From Camelus dromedarius (Eukaryota): a stretch of 64,000 nt of DNA. The notes beneath the pieces are model-generated. The model was not told the DNA's origin and searched no databases. It saw only the letters and a program-made list of their open reading frames with translations. Shown here piece after piece: positions 52,810-64,000 of the stretch (position 1 is its first letter; every line of letters begins with the position of its first letter). The stretch spans positions 38,876,001 through 38,940,000 of the forward strand of contig NC_087437.1 of NCBI RefSeq assembly GCF_036321535.1. The letters run 5' to 3'. The position numbers and the translations under genes were made by a program.

Positions 52810-53116
52810 TCTTACACGTAATTTTGAAATCCAGAAAAGCTCTAAATGCCAGCAGGTACTTTTTTGTTGTTGTTGTTATTTGTCAAAAACTAATTTTGTG
52901 GCAAAACCTACACTGAGCTGATGTGAGTCTAATTAGAGATATTTTAATTCAGTATGAAAATCTGTAAGTTTCTTTGAAGAAACATTAATGTGTTTGGTTA
53001 GGGTGTGACTCCAGATGCTTTTAGGCACATATGTACCATATTGCCTTTCTAGGTCTGAAGAATTTTGAACTCCGAAGCAGTTTGGCCCCAAACAATTTAA
53101 ATACTTCTAACCTGTA
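52810..53116. mobile_element. Old TcMar-Tigger-like DNA transposon remnant
   Basis: TTTTGAAATCCAGAAAAGCTCT...CCTTTCTAGGTCTGAAGAATTTTGAACTCCGAAGC...TGGCCCCAA...CCTGTA resembles recalled small Tigger-derived elements. Confidence 0.5.
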
Positions 53117-54933
53117 TTTGTAAATATGATATTTGAAGAACACACCGATTTTCACAGGGTAATTTAAATTTTTAGAAGTTTGCTTATTTGGACAATTCTT
53201 TTATAAAATGAGGAGTTGCTTTTAAGCAAAGATGTTTAAGCAAGCCCACCTATTTTGTTTGTTTACATTCTGGATGTTGGTTGGTGTAAAGCAGCCAAGG
53301 TTCAGCTTCTTGTGTTCTCCAAAATTAAAAGAGGGCTTTATCATAATATTAATGGATTTTTTTTTTACCTGAAATCGCAACATTTTATAACACATTTTAT
53401 AACATACCTTGTCCAAAGTGGGAAAAAAAAGTTAGGTTTTGTCATTGAAAAAAATTCCCATTTTAGTAATCAGAAAATAGAGATTAGATAATTCCTTAAG
53501 GGGAATGCATGAGAAGAAGTTCTGTTGTCTTTCTTTTAAGCCTGTTGCTTCTCTATGAAAGAAACCGAGTCAGTGATACCCACCGAACAGGATCTCCATG
53601 CCAGACAACGTAGCAAGGGCTTTTTATACCATTTCATTTTATTTCATCTGCACAACAAACACTGTGCAATTATACTATGCCTCTAATATTGAGAAATCAT
53701 TATTTCAGGTTAGCGATAAGGCAGAAAAAATTACCCATTTCTACAATTTAGGTATTGTATTCATTCCAGTTTCATTCTCTGTGCAGTAAGGGTAAAACCT
53801 CTTTGGTCCCACTCTTGGTTGCTTTTTATGATGTCTAATTCCAGGGAGTAAACTGGTCTTTTGAAGGCTAAGGTGGTCTGGTTAGGCTCAGTCTGCTGGA
53901 CGCCCTCGTACCAGATTCAATATTAATAGAAGTAGACTTTGAAGTCTTTCACTCTCCTCTGTCTCATAGACTTGCCTATTTCACTTTCTTCTGAAATGTA
54001 TTTTGTTTTGTGAAGTCCTTATTTTGACTCCAACAAGCTGTTTTATTTTTTAGAGTGCATTTGTGATAGACTCTGGCTATTAGTTTCCAAGGAGAGTCAA
54101 CCGAAAAGCCTAACTCACTTTGCTGTAGTCCTGGCATTTCATGTTAAATATGCTTACGATACTCTCTTTTGTACGTGGCATCTGCATGGCCACGTGTTGC
54201 ATTATTAATGCCCCCCCCCCCAAGGCTTTGCTTCTTGCTGTGACTACTTTAATTATCTCGGGGTCTCAGCTCTTCATCTGGTAGCGTAGGTGGGGCAGTT
54301 GTGTTTCTGGCGTGACTTTCAAGCATAGCAGGAGAGAGGCCCGTTGGGAAGAAAACAGGGGTCCTCTTAAGGTGGGGTGGAGTCCCTTGGTAGGGAGTTC
54401 TGGTCCCCATGGAGATAGGTACTTCAGGAGAGCCTAAGTTCCTGGAAGTAAAGTTAATTCTAAGGGACCCTAGAAGCCCAAGGAAGGCACTTTTACATCT
54501 GACAGACTAGCCAAAAATTGAACGTGAAGAAGAGGTAAATAGCCTCACAAAGGAGGAGGGTTACACATGGGCAGGATTGTAAGTGAGGTTTCCTGCCTCT
54601 GTTCAGTGTGGCAACCAGAGATAGTAGGGCTTTTGACCTACAGACAAATTAAATGCCACCTGTCAAAGAAGTGAGCTTTACGGCTGAGTCTTTGCAGTTG
54701 TGTGAGATGGCAAACATGTTTGTGAGGAAGCAGCTTGGAATGGAAGGTCTGAATTAAAATGAATTATTGCTTGAAGGAAAGATAAATGCCTCTTCTGATT
54801 GAACCTGAGGCTAGCAGTGAATCTATTACACGAACATATCATCACTGTCTGTTTCACTGTGTACTTTATTTGCCTACGAAATAAAACTTGTTTTCTCTTG
54901 AAAACCATCTTTAAAATTTCTGTGTGTTAGCAG

Positions 54934-55295
54934 AAAAATGGGAAACAGCCTAAATGTCCAACAGTGAGGAAATAGTAAGGTAAATTATGGTATTTCCTTA
55001 CGATGGAACATTTATGCAGCTATTAAAAACGATGTTTACAAAGAATTTTAATGCTCTATAAAATGCTTATATTATAATATGTCAAAAAAGAAGCAGGATA
55101 CAAATGTCTGTAACAGCATGATTTTATATATAAATGTACAAATGTAAAGACAATAAGCACAAAAGGAGGGCAATGCATCAGAATGGTTTAATAGTGTTTA
55201 TCTCTTGGGGGTGAATTATGGATAATTTTTATCCTCTCGTCTACAGTTCTCAGTTTTTGCCAACTTTTCTGTAATGAACATCTATTACTTTTTTC
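54934..55295 (+). mobile_element. L1ME-type LINE 3' end
   Basis: GGAAACAGCCTAAATGTCCAACAGT...GCAGCTATTAAAAA...AAAGAAGCAGGATACAAA...TTTTCTGTAATGAACATCTATTACTTT. Confidence 0.8.
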
Positions 55296-55959
55296 TTAGG
55301 AAAAATACTTGAAAAATTCTATTTGCTTCTGAAATAATTTAGTGACTTGACATATATTACTGACCAGAGCCATTGAAGGCAACTTTGTAAGTCTACTGTA
55401 GAGGCCACCAGTGCCCCCCAAACTTTTTCTGATAAGAACTGTTATGGGTCATTTGTATTTCATTAGGAACATGTCATTGTGTACTCTCTATCTGGGTTGC
55501 TATTAGTTATTCCAGTGATGGTTAAAAAAAAAAAAAAAAGGTACAGGCAGTGTCCTCTATTTAAAGGCTCTGGGAACCTCCCAGAGCAGGGGAGAAGATA
55601 GCTTTACCACATGGGCTTCAGTCTTGTGGTCTGGCTTCCAGTGAACTGACATAGGCACATTCAGGAACAAGTAGGCCTAAACATTGCTTCTTCGGACCAA
55701 TAGTGACTCAGCGTTGCAGTCTTGCATTTAATTTACTAGATGTTATTTGTGCTGTGAATTACTAAATACTTTAACAAATTTATCACCTTTTTTTCCTCTG
55801 CAAAAGATGAGATTAACCTGACTTAGTTTTTAGGTGACTCTTACTACTGTAACCAGCTGATTACATGTAGAAATATGTTGCTTACCTAGAACTCAATTTT
55901 CTGGCAGCCTGTCTACCTGGGAAACAACTGAGAATCAGAAAGTAAATACTAGTAGTAAC

Positions 55960-56180
55960 GTAAATAACAACAGCTAATCCTTATTGGGTACTTGTTATTG
56001 TTTTAAACCCTCATTATCTCATTTAATCTTCACAACAAACATATGCAGTTGTGTTGCTCTCCCTAGCTACAGATGAGAACGCTGAGGCTCAGAAAAGTTG
56101 AGTGGCTTGTCCAAGTCACACTGGTCACTCTGGAGCTAGAAGCTAAACTGCATTCCAAAGCTTAAACATACGCTTAACTA
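55960..56180 (-). mobile_element. MIR SINE
   Basis: CTCATTTAATCTTCACAACAA...ACAGATGAGAACGCTGAGGCTCAGAAAAGTTGAGTGGCTTGTCCAAGTCACAC. Confidence 0.85.
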
Positions 56181-57289
56181 TTACAGTAAATAAAAAGTGC
56201 AAACAGATGTTACAACGCCTCTGTTCAGAAAATGCTAGATTTTACACTTCAAGTTCCCAAGAAAGGATCACTTTATTTTTTAAATGACTTTGGCAGATTT
56301 GCAAATAATGTATTTGGAAAAAGGAAAAGGAGACTTCTAGAAGCAGAAGTTGATAGCCAAAAAAAAGACTGTAGACTAATAGTGAGAGGAGCTGAAAAAA
56401 AACTAGAATATATTCCCAAGATCTCTGAAAGTATTCTATTCTGGGTGAGTTAGATAAGGTATCTTGTTCACTTTATTAAGTTTATCAATGAGTAAATATG
56501 GAACTCGATGATGGTAGATTTGTCTTGTCAATAAAATGTTAATTTCAATATAGTCCTAATTTTTTTCCTTTTCACAAATCTTATAATTTTATTATGTAAT
56601 TTATACATTTTATTGTGGAAAGATTAGAATATAGAGATAAGATAACAAAATAAATGCCTCGCCTAATCTCACAACCAGAGATATTCCCGGTTAACATTTT
56701 GGAGGAGTTACACGATATAAATCTAAATCTAAATCTAAATGTAAATATGTATGTTTATGTTTTAAAAAATGGGACCATGCCTTACTTTTTAAAATTGTCT
56801 TCCCTTTCTGTCCTTTGAGCATATTTTTAAATGCCCTTTGATTATAAAATCAAAATATGGATTTTTCTTCCAGAAAGGATAAAAAAAAAACCCTGAAATA
56901 TTTATTTGATGCTTTAAGGAAAATGCATATTAATCCAGAAAATTATTTCATATGAATCAATTCATTTCCTAATTATGCTGTATCAGTGAGGCACTGATGT
57001 ACTGTCGTTATCTTCATGCCGCAGAGCTCTCATTGTTCTCTATGTTTAGATTAAACCTTTGAAAGTAACCTTTTTTTTTGTGGGGTGGGGTAAAAAAGGA
57101 TCAATAATGAGGGTGATAATTTAAGAGTGTTTTGAAAGGAAGAGCATATATTCCCTGGCTGGAGCTGATGTGATTTAAAGCCATCTGCTTCTTTCACTTG
57201 AAATGCAGTTAGCTTTGTATCCATCAGCCTACTTAATTCAGGGGGAGGGGCAGCACCGCTTTCAAAAGCTGTGTTTCCATTGGCTATTT

Positions 57290-58260
57290 CGCTTGACAGA
57301 GACTTACTGAGCACCTACTTGGTGTGGGTCCCATGTTAGATGCTTATTTAATGCAGAGAGGCACAGGATGTGCTCCTTGTACCCAGAGAAGTCCAGTCTA
57401 ATAATGAAAAAAACAAATAAAAAGATGATTACCATTCAGTGTGACAGGTACAGGGAGAGAGGTGAGCATACGGGGCTACTGGAGCACTGGGGAAAGGTTC
57501 TTTGGGCACAGAGATACCTGCATGGAGAAGTGGATTGAGAGTGAGAAGGTTGGTTACTGGGGTGAAGGAAGGAGGGTGATGAAGGATGTTCAAGTAGAGG
57601 GACCGCATGTCTAAAAGATTTGGGAGATGAGAGAGCAAGCATGCTGTGTTTAGGGTCAGGGATTTTAGGATATAAGGTGGAACAAGGCTTGAGAAACGCC
57701 CAAGGCCTCTCAAGGAGGCATCGTGTGCCATGCTGAGGAGTTGGAATTTTATCCTGAAGCAATGAGAAGTTGTAGGAAATGTTGTCAGTGGAGTCTTGAG
57801 GAGAACAGCTGTGGTTCTGGGAAATCACTCTGGGAGCTGTATGAAGAGGCTCTCAGTTGTGATAAGAAATGATCAGGATCAGAGCAGAGTTGCTGGGGAG
57901 AAAGTAGTTGAACTGATGAACTTGCTGGCTGTTGGATGTGGGAGGCAGGGGAGTGGGTGGAAAAAGGGATGATGCCATCATCTCCAGGTTAAGTGAGTGG
58001 GTACACGGTGGGTGTCTCCTGCAAGTGAAGAATGCACAGAAGGGAGAAGATGAGAGGCCAGGTCAAAGATGGTGAGTTTGTTTGGTATTTGTCCAGCAGG
58101 CAGGTGGATGTGTGCACCTTGACATAAGAGAAAGCAGTGGACTAGAAGCAATAGATTTGAGGTTGTCTGGGAATACAAGTATGAAACTAGGCAAGGGGGT
58201 AGGATCACTCCAGGAAGTATCTGTCGATTCAGAGGGCTTTTTGAGGACCACCTTCCTTGA
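57290..58260 (-). mobile_element. L2 LINE relic
   Basis: TTACTGAGCACCTAC...GCCATGCTGAGGAGTTGGAATTTTATCCTGAAG...GGAAATCACTCTGG. Confidence 0.75.
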
Positions 58261-58264
58261 GAGG

Positions 58265-58490
58265 ATCAACATAGAATAGAAGTTAAGGGCCTGAGCTCTG
58301 CTGTCTGGGTTCAAATTCTAGTTCCACCAGTTACTAGGGCAGGTTCCCTATTCTTTCCTTCAATTTCCTAATCCATAATAAGAAGATGACACATATTTCA
58401 GTCATGAGATTGTTGTGAACCATAAAATGAGTTAATCTATTAAAGTATATGTAGTAGAGCCGGCTTGTAGTAAAGTTCAATAGATTTAGC
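58265..58490 (+). mobile_element. MIR SINE
   Basis: TCTGGGTTCAAATTCTAGTTCCACCAGTTACTAG...GATTGTTGTGAACCATAAAATGAGTTAAT. Confidence 0.75.
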
Positions 58491-58802
58491 TTTACTCTAC
58501 TTAGATTTTACTTTTACTCTGCTTGGGGGTGGGAGGAGCCCTGTGTGAGTGGCAAGGCATGGTGTTGACCTGCAGTATATGAGATCACTGTAGTAGTTTC
58601 TGCGGTAAATCAGAGCACTGTGCAGGGAGCCTCCTGAATGTGAGAAACCCCCTCCACGTTGGCTTGGCTACTCTGTAGTCATGCTGACCAAGCTACTCCC
58701 TATGTGACCACCAATAACACCTTTCATTTGAGTACTTTTGTTTTCAAAGGCAGAACAGTGTATTGGAAAGAATGTGAAGCTAGAAATAGAAAACTTATTT
58801 GT

Positions 58803-59160
58803 TTCACTCATTCATTCATTCATTCATTCATTCATTCATTTATTCCTTCAGAACTATTCATTGAGCACCTACTGTGTTCAGACAATATGCTATGGGCTGG
58901 AATTACAGTCGGCTCACGAGAGATGGAGTGCCTGGCCAAAAGAGCTTGCTTGCATTCCAGTGAGGGAGACCAGCAATTAAACAAGCAATCAGGCACCCGC
59001 AGGGAGAGTAAAGGCCACAGCTCTGTGCAGAGAGGTCAGGGCATCTTCCTGAGGAAGTGATGGCAAGACTGAGCTGGAAGCTAGGTTGGTATTAGGCAGG
59101 TGGAGGGAGCAGGGGGAAGAGCTTTCTAGGTAGAGGAAGCAGCTTGTGTGGACACTGTGG
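58803..59160 (-). mobile_element. L2 3' end with expanded (TTCA)n tail
   Basis: (CATT)n run followed by ATTGAGCACCTACTGTGT. Confidence 0.75.
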
Positions 59161-60114
59161 AGTTAGGAGAGGGTCTGGCACTTTCCAGGACCTGAGAGAA
59201 GTTGGGTTAGGCAACATATGAAAATTCTCTTTCTCCGACTAGTTGAGTGCGGTTGGGCAGCAATAACTCTGATCTTCCATCTCCTGCTGACCAAGGGCAG
59301 AAGTGGGAGGAGGATGCCCTGGGAGGCTGCATCCTCAGAGTGTGGACATGAAAACGGGATTTGAGGGAAATGACTGAGAATCATAAGGAGGTTGGATTAG
59401 GGTGCAGGGAGAGCAAGGGAGAAACTAGAATCAGGATGGTCTGTGGGAGGTTACCTGCTGATGAGACCATTATGGTGGAAATGTGGATGGAGAAAGGAGT
59501 GCTGGAAAAAGAAACCAGTTTGCTAAAAGACACGAGATGCTCGGCTGAACAATTCCTTGGAAATTCCTGGAAAGATGACTCATTTGGTGTAATGGAAATG
59601 TACTGATTTCAGAGGGATGTATTTTAGAGGACAGAGCCAGAGGACAGCAGCTGGAAAGCCAATGGAGCGATACAGACGATGCATCACCGGAGAGAACTCA
59701 ATGAATTTGTGTCAAGGGATTTTAGAAGGGAGTGTTTAAAAAATTAGATTGAATTCTAACTTTCCTTTGATGAATGCTCTTTTAAGCCCAGTGAACTGGG
59801 TAAATTCTAGGCTTAACAAACAATAAAGAATTCTGAAGTATTGTCTGTGACTGGCCAAAGCAAACCCTAGATGCTCTATTTCATTCTTATTGCCAGTTGG
59901 TGAAGACTAACAAACGTTTGAAGTTTCCAATATTCTGTTTGGGGTAGCATAGTGGAAGACACTCACGTTCCATCGTAGAGTTGTTCCTGGGCAAATCAGG
60001 GGAGACTTGAACCTTGTGCGAGGATTTTCTAGCAATTATTTGCAGTAGACTGTGTGGAAATATAGCTCTGCCGATGTGCGTTTAAATTGTGAAAGAGATG
60101 AAGGATGCTGTGAA

Positions 60115-60345
60115 AATGCACCGCGCTGCGTTTGTTAGGAAATGGGATTGCCCCGAGGAATATGGCCAATGCCTGGTGCAAACTCACCGCTGACCCCCCC
60201 CCCCCCACCCCGTGCCGACAGGGGGCGGGCGCACGCGGGTCGATAGGCAATCACGGCGTGGCGGGGGGCTCTCTGGGGGCGGCCGGGCTGCACCCCTCCG
60301 CGCCGCGCGCTCCGCGGAATTCAAGATTGCCTTAGCGTGCGGCCA
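60115..60345. promoter_or_regulatory. Small intronic CpG cluster with CTCF-like motif (60212-60230) and CCAAT (60166-60170)
   Basis: Dense CpGs in an otherwise depleted intron; GTGCCGACAGGGGGCGGGC resembles TGGCCACCAGGGGGCGCTA. Confidence 0.6.
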
Positions 60346-60587
60346 GACACCTGCCTGCTTTAGCATTGAGGATGTCAAAGAGAGGAAACTTGGAACCTTT
60401 AAAACAATGCCATCTTGGGTTGTTACGATTTGGCTATCGTTTCATTTTTCTCAGTGGTCAGTGGAGGTTGTTTCCAGCCAGAATATCATTACTATGTGTC
60501 CCTCAAAAGACTGGTTTATGGTTGCTATGGGAACCGGATTATCATATTTTGAAAATTAGTATATTTTAGGGCCCTAGACACTGCAAC

Positions 60588-60590
<3 letters not shown>

Positions 60591-60630
<40 letters not shown>
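60591..60630. repeat. (GT)20 microsatellite
   Basis: Perfect dinucleotide run. Confidence 0.95.
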
Positions 60631-60632
<2 letters not shown>

Positions 60633-61599
60633 ATGTATCTTTCATGTAGGGAAAGAAGGAATAGAATCGTTTTCATCTATTGTTTCTAAATAAAGTGAAA
60701 TATACACCTTTGTTGGATGAATTGTGGAGTGTGGAGTGTAACATTTCATTCACTCATTCATTCACATTTACTGCGTGTCTCCACTATCTCATTCCTATGG
60801 AGTCAAAGAAACAAATGCTGAGGAAGGGGGAGGTTACTTTTTATGTGATTACAGCTCTTTTCAAAGTTTCCTTTTTCACTTCTTATAATAAACATTAACT
60901 GCACACACACACACACACACACCACTTCATGGAGACTTTTGATGATTTGATTATATCCAGTTTTACTTCCCTCTGGAATGCTGTATGTTGGTATATGAGA
61001 TTGGAGGGGATTGCGGGGTACCATATTCCCTGAGAATCTTATCAAAGCAAGTCGAGACCCTTTTTGCTTCTAAAATCTAGAGTCACTCACTGGTCACCTT
61101 TCCAAGGATGAAAACATTTTGCATTTCCTTTTTGCTTCTTTCTGCCCTTACTCCCTAGGGACAAGGGGTCCAGCAGCCACAGGGCTGGAACTCTGGGCTT
61201 CCATTTCTTTGATTGGGAGTCGACCCCTTCACGCCTCCACTGCTTGTGTTGCCCCCTCTCATCCTTGATTCTGGTCCTCGACTGAGCTTGAGTATCTTCT
61301 TACATACTCTCTTAGGGAGGTGGAGGCTTCAAACTATACTGAATACACACTCCATTTTATATCTTTTATGCTTTTTAGGCTGCAGTCAGAGGGTCATTTC
61401 TCCATAGTGACTGCTGTGTTTTACCCATTTAGATCCTGGCCAGTAGTCATCCTTTATTCTTCAGAAGTTGCCACCTACACTTTAATTTTTAGAACCTTGC
61501 ATAACTCATGTTTCATTTAAGTTAGTTCTTTGTCCTTCCAAGTGCTTAGACATAAGTTCTTGACTCCTGTTTAATTTACACCTCGTACTCAAACCTGGG

Positions 61600-62340
61600 A
61601 GCTTCACCTTTAAAATAAATCCATGCTTTGACCACTCCTCACGCCTGCACCTTCACTGTAGTCATCCTGGTTATCGTATCCTGGCTGGGTTACTGATTCT
61701 GTCTCCCAGCCGGCCGCTGCCTCTAAGTCCTTGCCCCTTTTCTCCGCTCTGTCTGGGGAGTGATTCTTTTAAAATATAAGTCAGATCATGTCAGTCCTCT
61801 ACTTAAACCCCTCCACAGGCTCCGCCTTTCTAAGAGTAGAACCAGTGTCTTCTCTGTGGCCCACGAGGTCCTGTGTGATCCAGCAACATCTGTTCCCACA
61901 GCCTGGCTCTCTGAACTCATCTCTTTTGTGTTCCCCTGATTCTAGGCACGCTCTCGGGACCTTGCAAGAGATTTTGCCTCAGGGCTTTGGAACTTGCTGT
62001 TCTTTCTGCCTAGAATGCTTTTCCCCAAGATGGAGACACACACTGTTCACTTCCTCACCTTGTTCAGGTCTTTGCTCGAATGTCACTTCCTCAGTAAAGC
62101 TTCCAGCTTCCCCAGAACTTAACCCTCCTCCTCCTCCCTTCCTTATTCCATGTTTTCCATAGCACTTAGAACAATCCATAAACTGTGTATTTTGCTTATC
62201 TTGTTTATTGTCCATTTCCTGTTGTAGGATGTAAGCTTCATGAGGGCAGGGCATTCTGTCTGTTTTGTTCACTGCTGTATCCCCAGCACTTGGAAAAGTA
62301 CCCAGCATGCAGTAGTTGCTAACAAATACTTGTTTAACAA
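61600..62340 (+). mobile_element. L2a-type LINE 3' end
   Basis: TAAGTCAGATCATGTCA...GCCTCAGGGCTTTG...GTAAGCTTCATGAGGGCAGGG...TTGTTCACTGCTGTATCCCCAGCAC...AAATACTTGTT. Confidence 0.9.
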
Positions 62341-62984
62341 AAACAAAAAATTAATACTGTCATATTAATAGTCATCATATTGCTGTATTGCTTTGTGAAG
62401 TATCCATTTCTTTTGGAAATAGCTGTTCTGTCCCTGTTCAAGTGTTGATGACATACTCATCCCTAAACAGTGGGGCATCACCCCTAACATGAGCCTCTAG
62501 AACACAAAGATGAGGAAGAAGCAGGTGCTGTGCACAGGGGGCTCAGAGTTGAAGAAGGAGGGAGGTAGTTACAGGAGCTGGTACAGTAGAGGCAAGCTCC
62601 GGTGGCTTTTGGGGAAAGGTACACATGTTTAGCCAGAGTCTGGGATATGCCAGGCACCTTGCTAAGTCCCTCACCATTAGTCTCCTGGTTTTCTGATGGT
62701 GAAACTCAGCTTCAGGGAGGTGACATAAATTTTCTAAGGTAATACAACCTGCAGGTTAGAAGTTAAGACTGGCTCTGTCTAGTCTTTTTTCCCCCTAAAA
62801 TCATTCTCTCTTAATGTTTTAAAACTCCCCAAGTTGTGGTGCCCCGAACAGTAAGTCGTGACGTCGGTCTGCTCGGAGAACATGACGGGCTGAGACGGAA
62901 GGAAACTGTCCCTCTTTAGCTTCGCAAAAGCATCTCAATATGGAACTTAGCTGTTCATTTTTCTCCTGATTTACATTTATAGGC

Positions 62985-63230
62985 AGTTTAAAAACAAGCA
63001 AAACGAACTACGGTATTTTGGGACACATAACAGGCTGATCAAACTTTAAAGATACGCAAGGAAGTAATTACCATAGAGTCAGGTGGGATCGCTGTTGCTC
63101 TAGGGGGAAGAGGAGGGAGTGTGGAAGGGAACTGGGGGTGGTTCTGGGGTGATGTCAGTGGCCTGGGTGGTGAGTACACAGGTTTGGTTTATGAGGATTT
63201 GATCGGCTGTGCACGTACTTTGCCCTTACT
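62985..63230 (+). mobile_element. Old L1 (L1ME/MD) 3' UTR fragment
   Basis: AAAAACAAGCAAAAC...GCAAGGAAGTAATTACCATA...CTGGGTGGTGAGTACACAGGT. Confidence 0.6.
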
Positions 63231-64000
63231 TTTCTCTGTGTCATTGTTCATCACAAAATAACATACCATTTCATACTTCACCATTTTGTCTTTAAGAAGA
63301 AATGAAGTGAGGGAGGACTGCAGGTGTGAGGTCTGACTGTATGAGAAAAGGCAGCACTGAAACTCTGAGGTCAAAATTTAAAACCTGTGAAGAGAGAGAG
63401 CAAAAAGTCTCCTCTGTCTAGTCCTAGATCCCAGGCTACAGCAGATACGCCACTTTGCTTCCTTGTGGGGAGGAGTGTTTAACTCTGTACACATGCCTGT
63501 TGCTTCTTTCCTGGTAGCCCTAGATGCAGGAGGCAATGTGTGCTTTTAAGACACTTAAGCTTAAAGGCCTTTGGCCTTTAGGAGGGAAGGAGATTTTTGA
63601 ATTCACATAATTATTTCTAATGATTAAATGTTCTGAAATAGTGTCACCAGACCATCATAACTGAGGACATTCATTAGGGACTCACTCTTTAAGGGTGTTC
63701 TTTGTGAAGTCTCTGAGACCTCTAGGCAAAGTTCAGATGCTTTGTTTTCTATGCACCCATAGTACCCACTTGCATATTTAGTCTTTATCAGGTTTTTGGG
63801 TAAATGCATGTTTGTTTAAATATCTTCTTCATCAGATGGTGGAATGCCTTAAAGGTGGAGTTTTTATCTTATCTCTCTGAGCCTATTGCCTTTGAAAATG
63901 TTTGAGGAAAACAAATCCATAGAAAGAATCCACAATTCAACCTATAAATCCATACAGAGCATCCATTGCATGGATAAAACTGGTGTCTCTCAATCTCCAT

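Larger units (their letters stand above)
41331..64000 (+). other. EGFEM1: Probable intron 1 of EGFEM1, running past the window end
   Basis: Begins at the donor. I could not find an exon encoding the expected EMI-domain start (PNVC...) downstream, and the sequence is dominated by L2/MIR/L1/LTR relics. Confidence 0.65.

Noticed and set aside
53381..53404. 12-bp tandem duplication (ACATTTTATAAC x2) and similar short duplications at ~5323 and ~56718
   Set aside because: Ordinary slippage-type micro-duplications; no spacer-repeat array structure.
41337..64000. Search for EGFEM1 exon 2 (PNVC...WKQGC) and a miR-551-like hairpin
   Set aside because: Not found by eye; probably beyond the window, though a decayed copy cannot be excluded without alignment.
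1..64000. CRISPR arrays, operons, tRNA/rRNA genes, prokaryotic or viral systems
   Set aside because: No evidence; the sequence is typical mammalian intergenic/intronic DNA with only solo LTRs and no recognisable proviral ORFs.

Overview
Mammalian (eutherian) genomic DNA, probably camelid or another cetartiodactyl. The lineage call rests on one L1 3' UTR and on the absence of Alu, B1/B2, Bov-tA/BovB, PRE-1 and Can-SINE copies that I could recognise. About the first 40 kb is gene-free and full of old repeats (MIR, L2, L1MB/ME, MER5/MER20/MER115, MaLR and ERV1-type solo LTRs). A CpG island at ~39.9-41.6 kb holds the first coding exon of a gene I recognise as EGFEM1 (EGF-like and EMI domain-containing 1, a MEGF6 paralogue). 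The exon reads MTWRL*LWCFCAWVAAGWPPGSALQLRPS-M, followed by a canonical GTAAGT donor. Its signal-peptide frame is broken by an in-frame TAG at codon 6, while the promoter island and splice donor look intact. The rest of the window (41.3-64 kb) appears to be intron 1; I found no exon 2. The intron contains a Z-DNA-type (GT)17(GC)5(GT)6 tract, a ~150-bp palindromic MITE-like hairpin, and a second small CpG cluster with CTCF-like and X-box-like motifs. None of the listed ORFs is supported as an intact gene. Repeat family names come from recalled consensus sequences, not database searches, and repeat boundaries are approximate.
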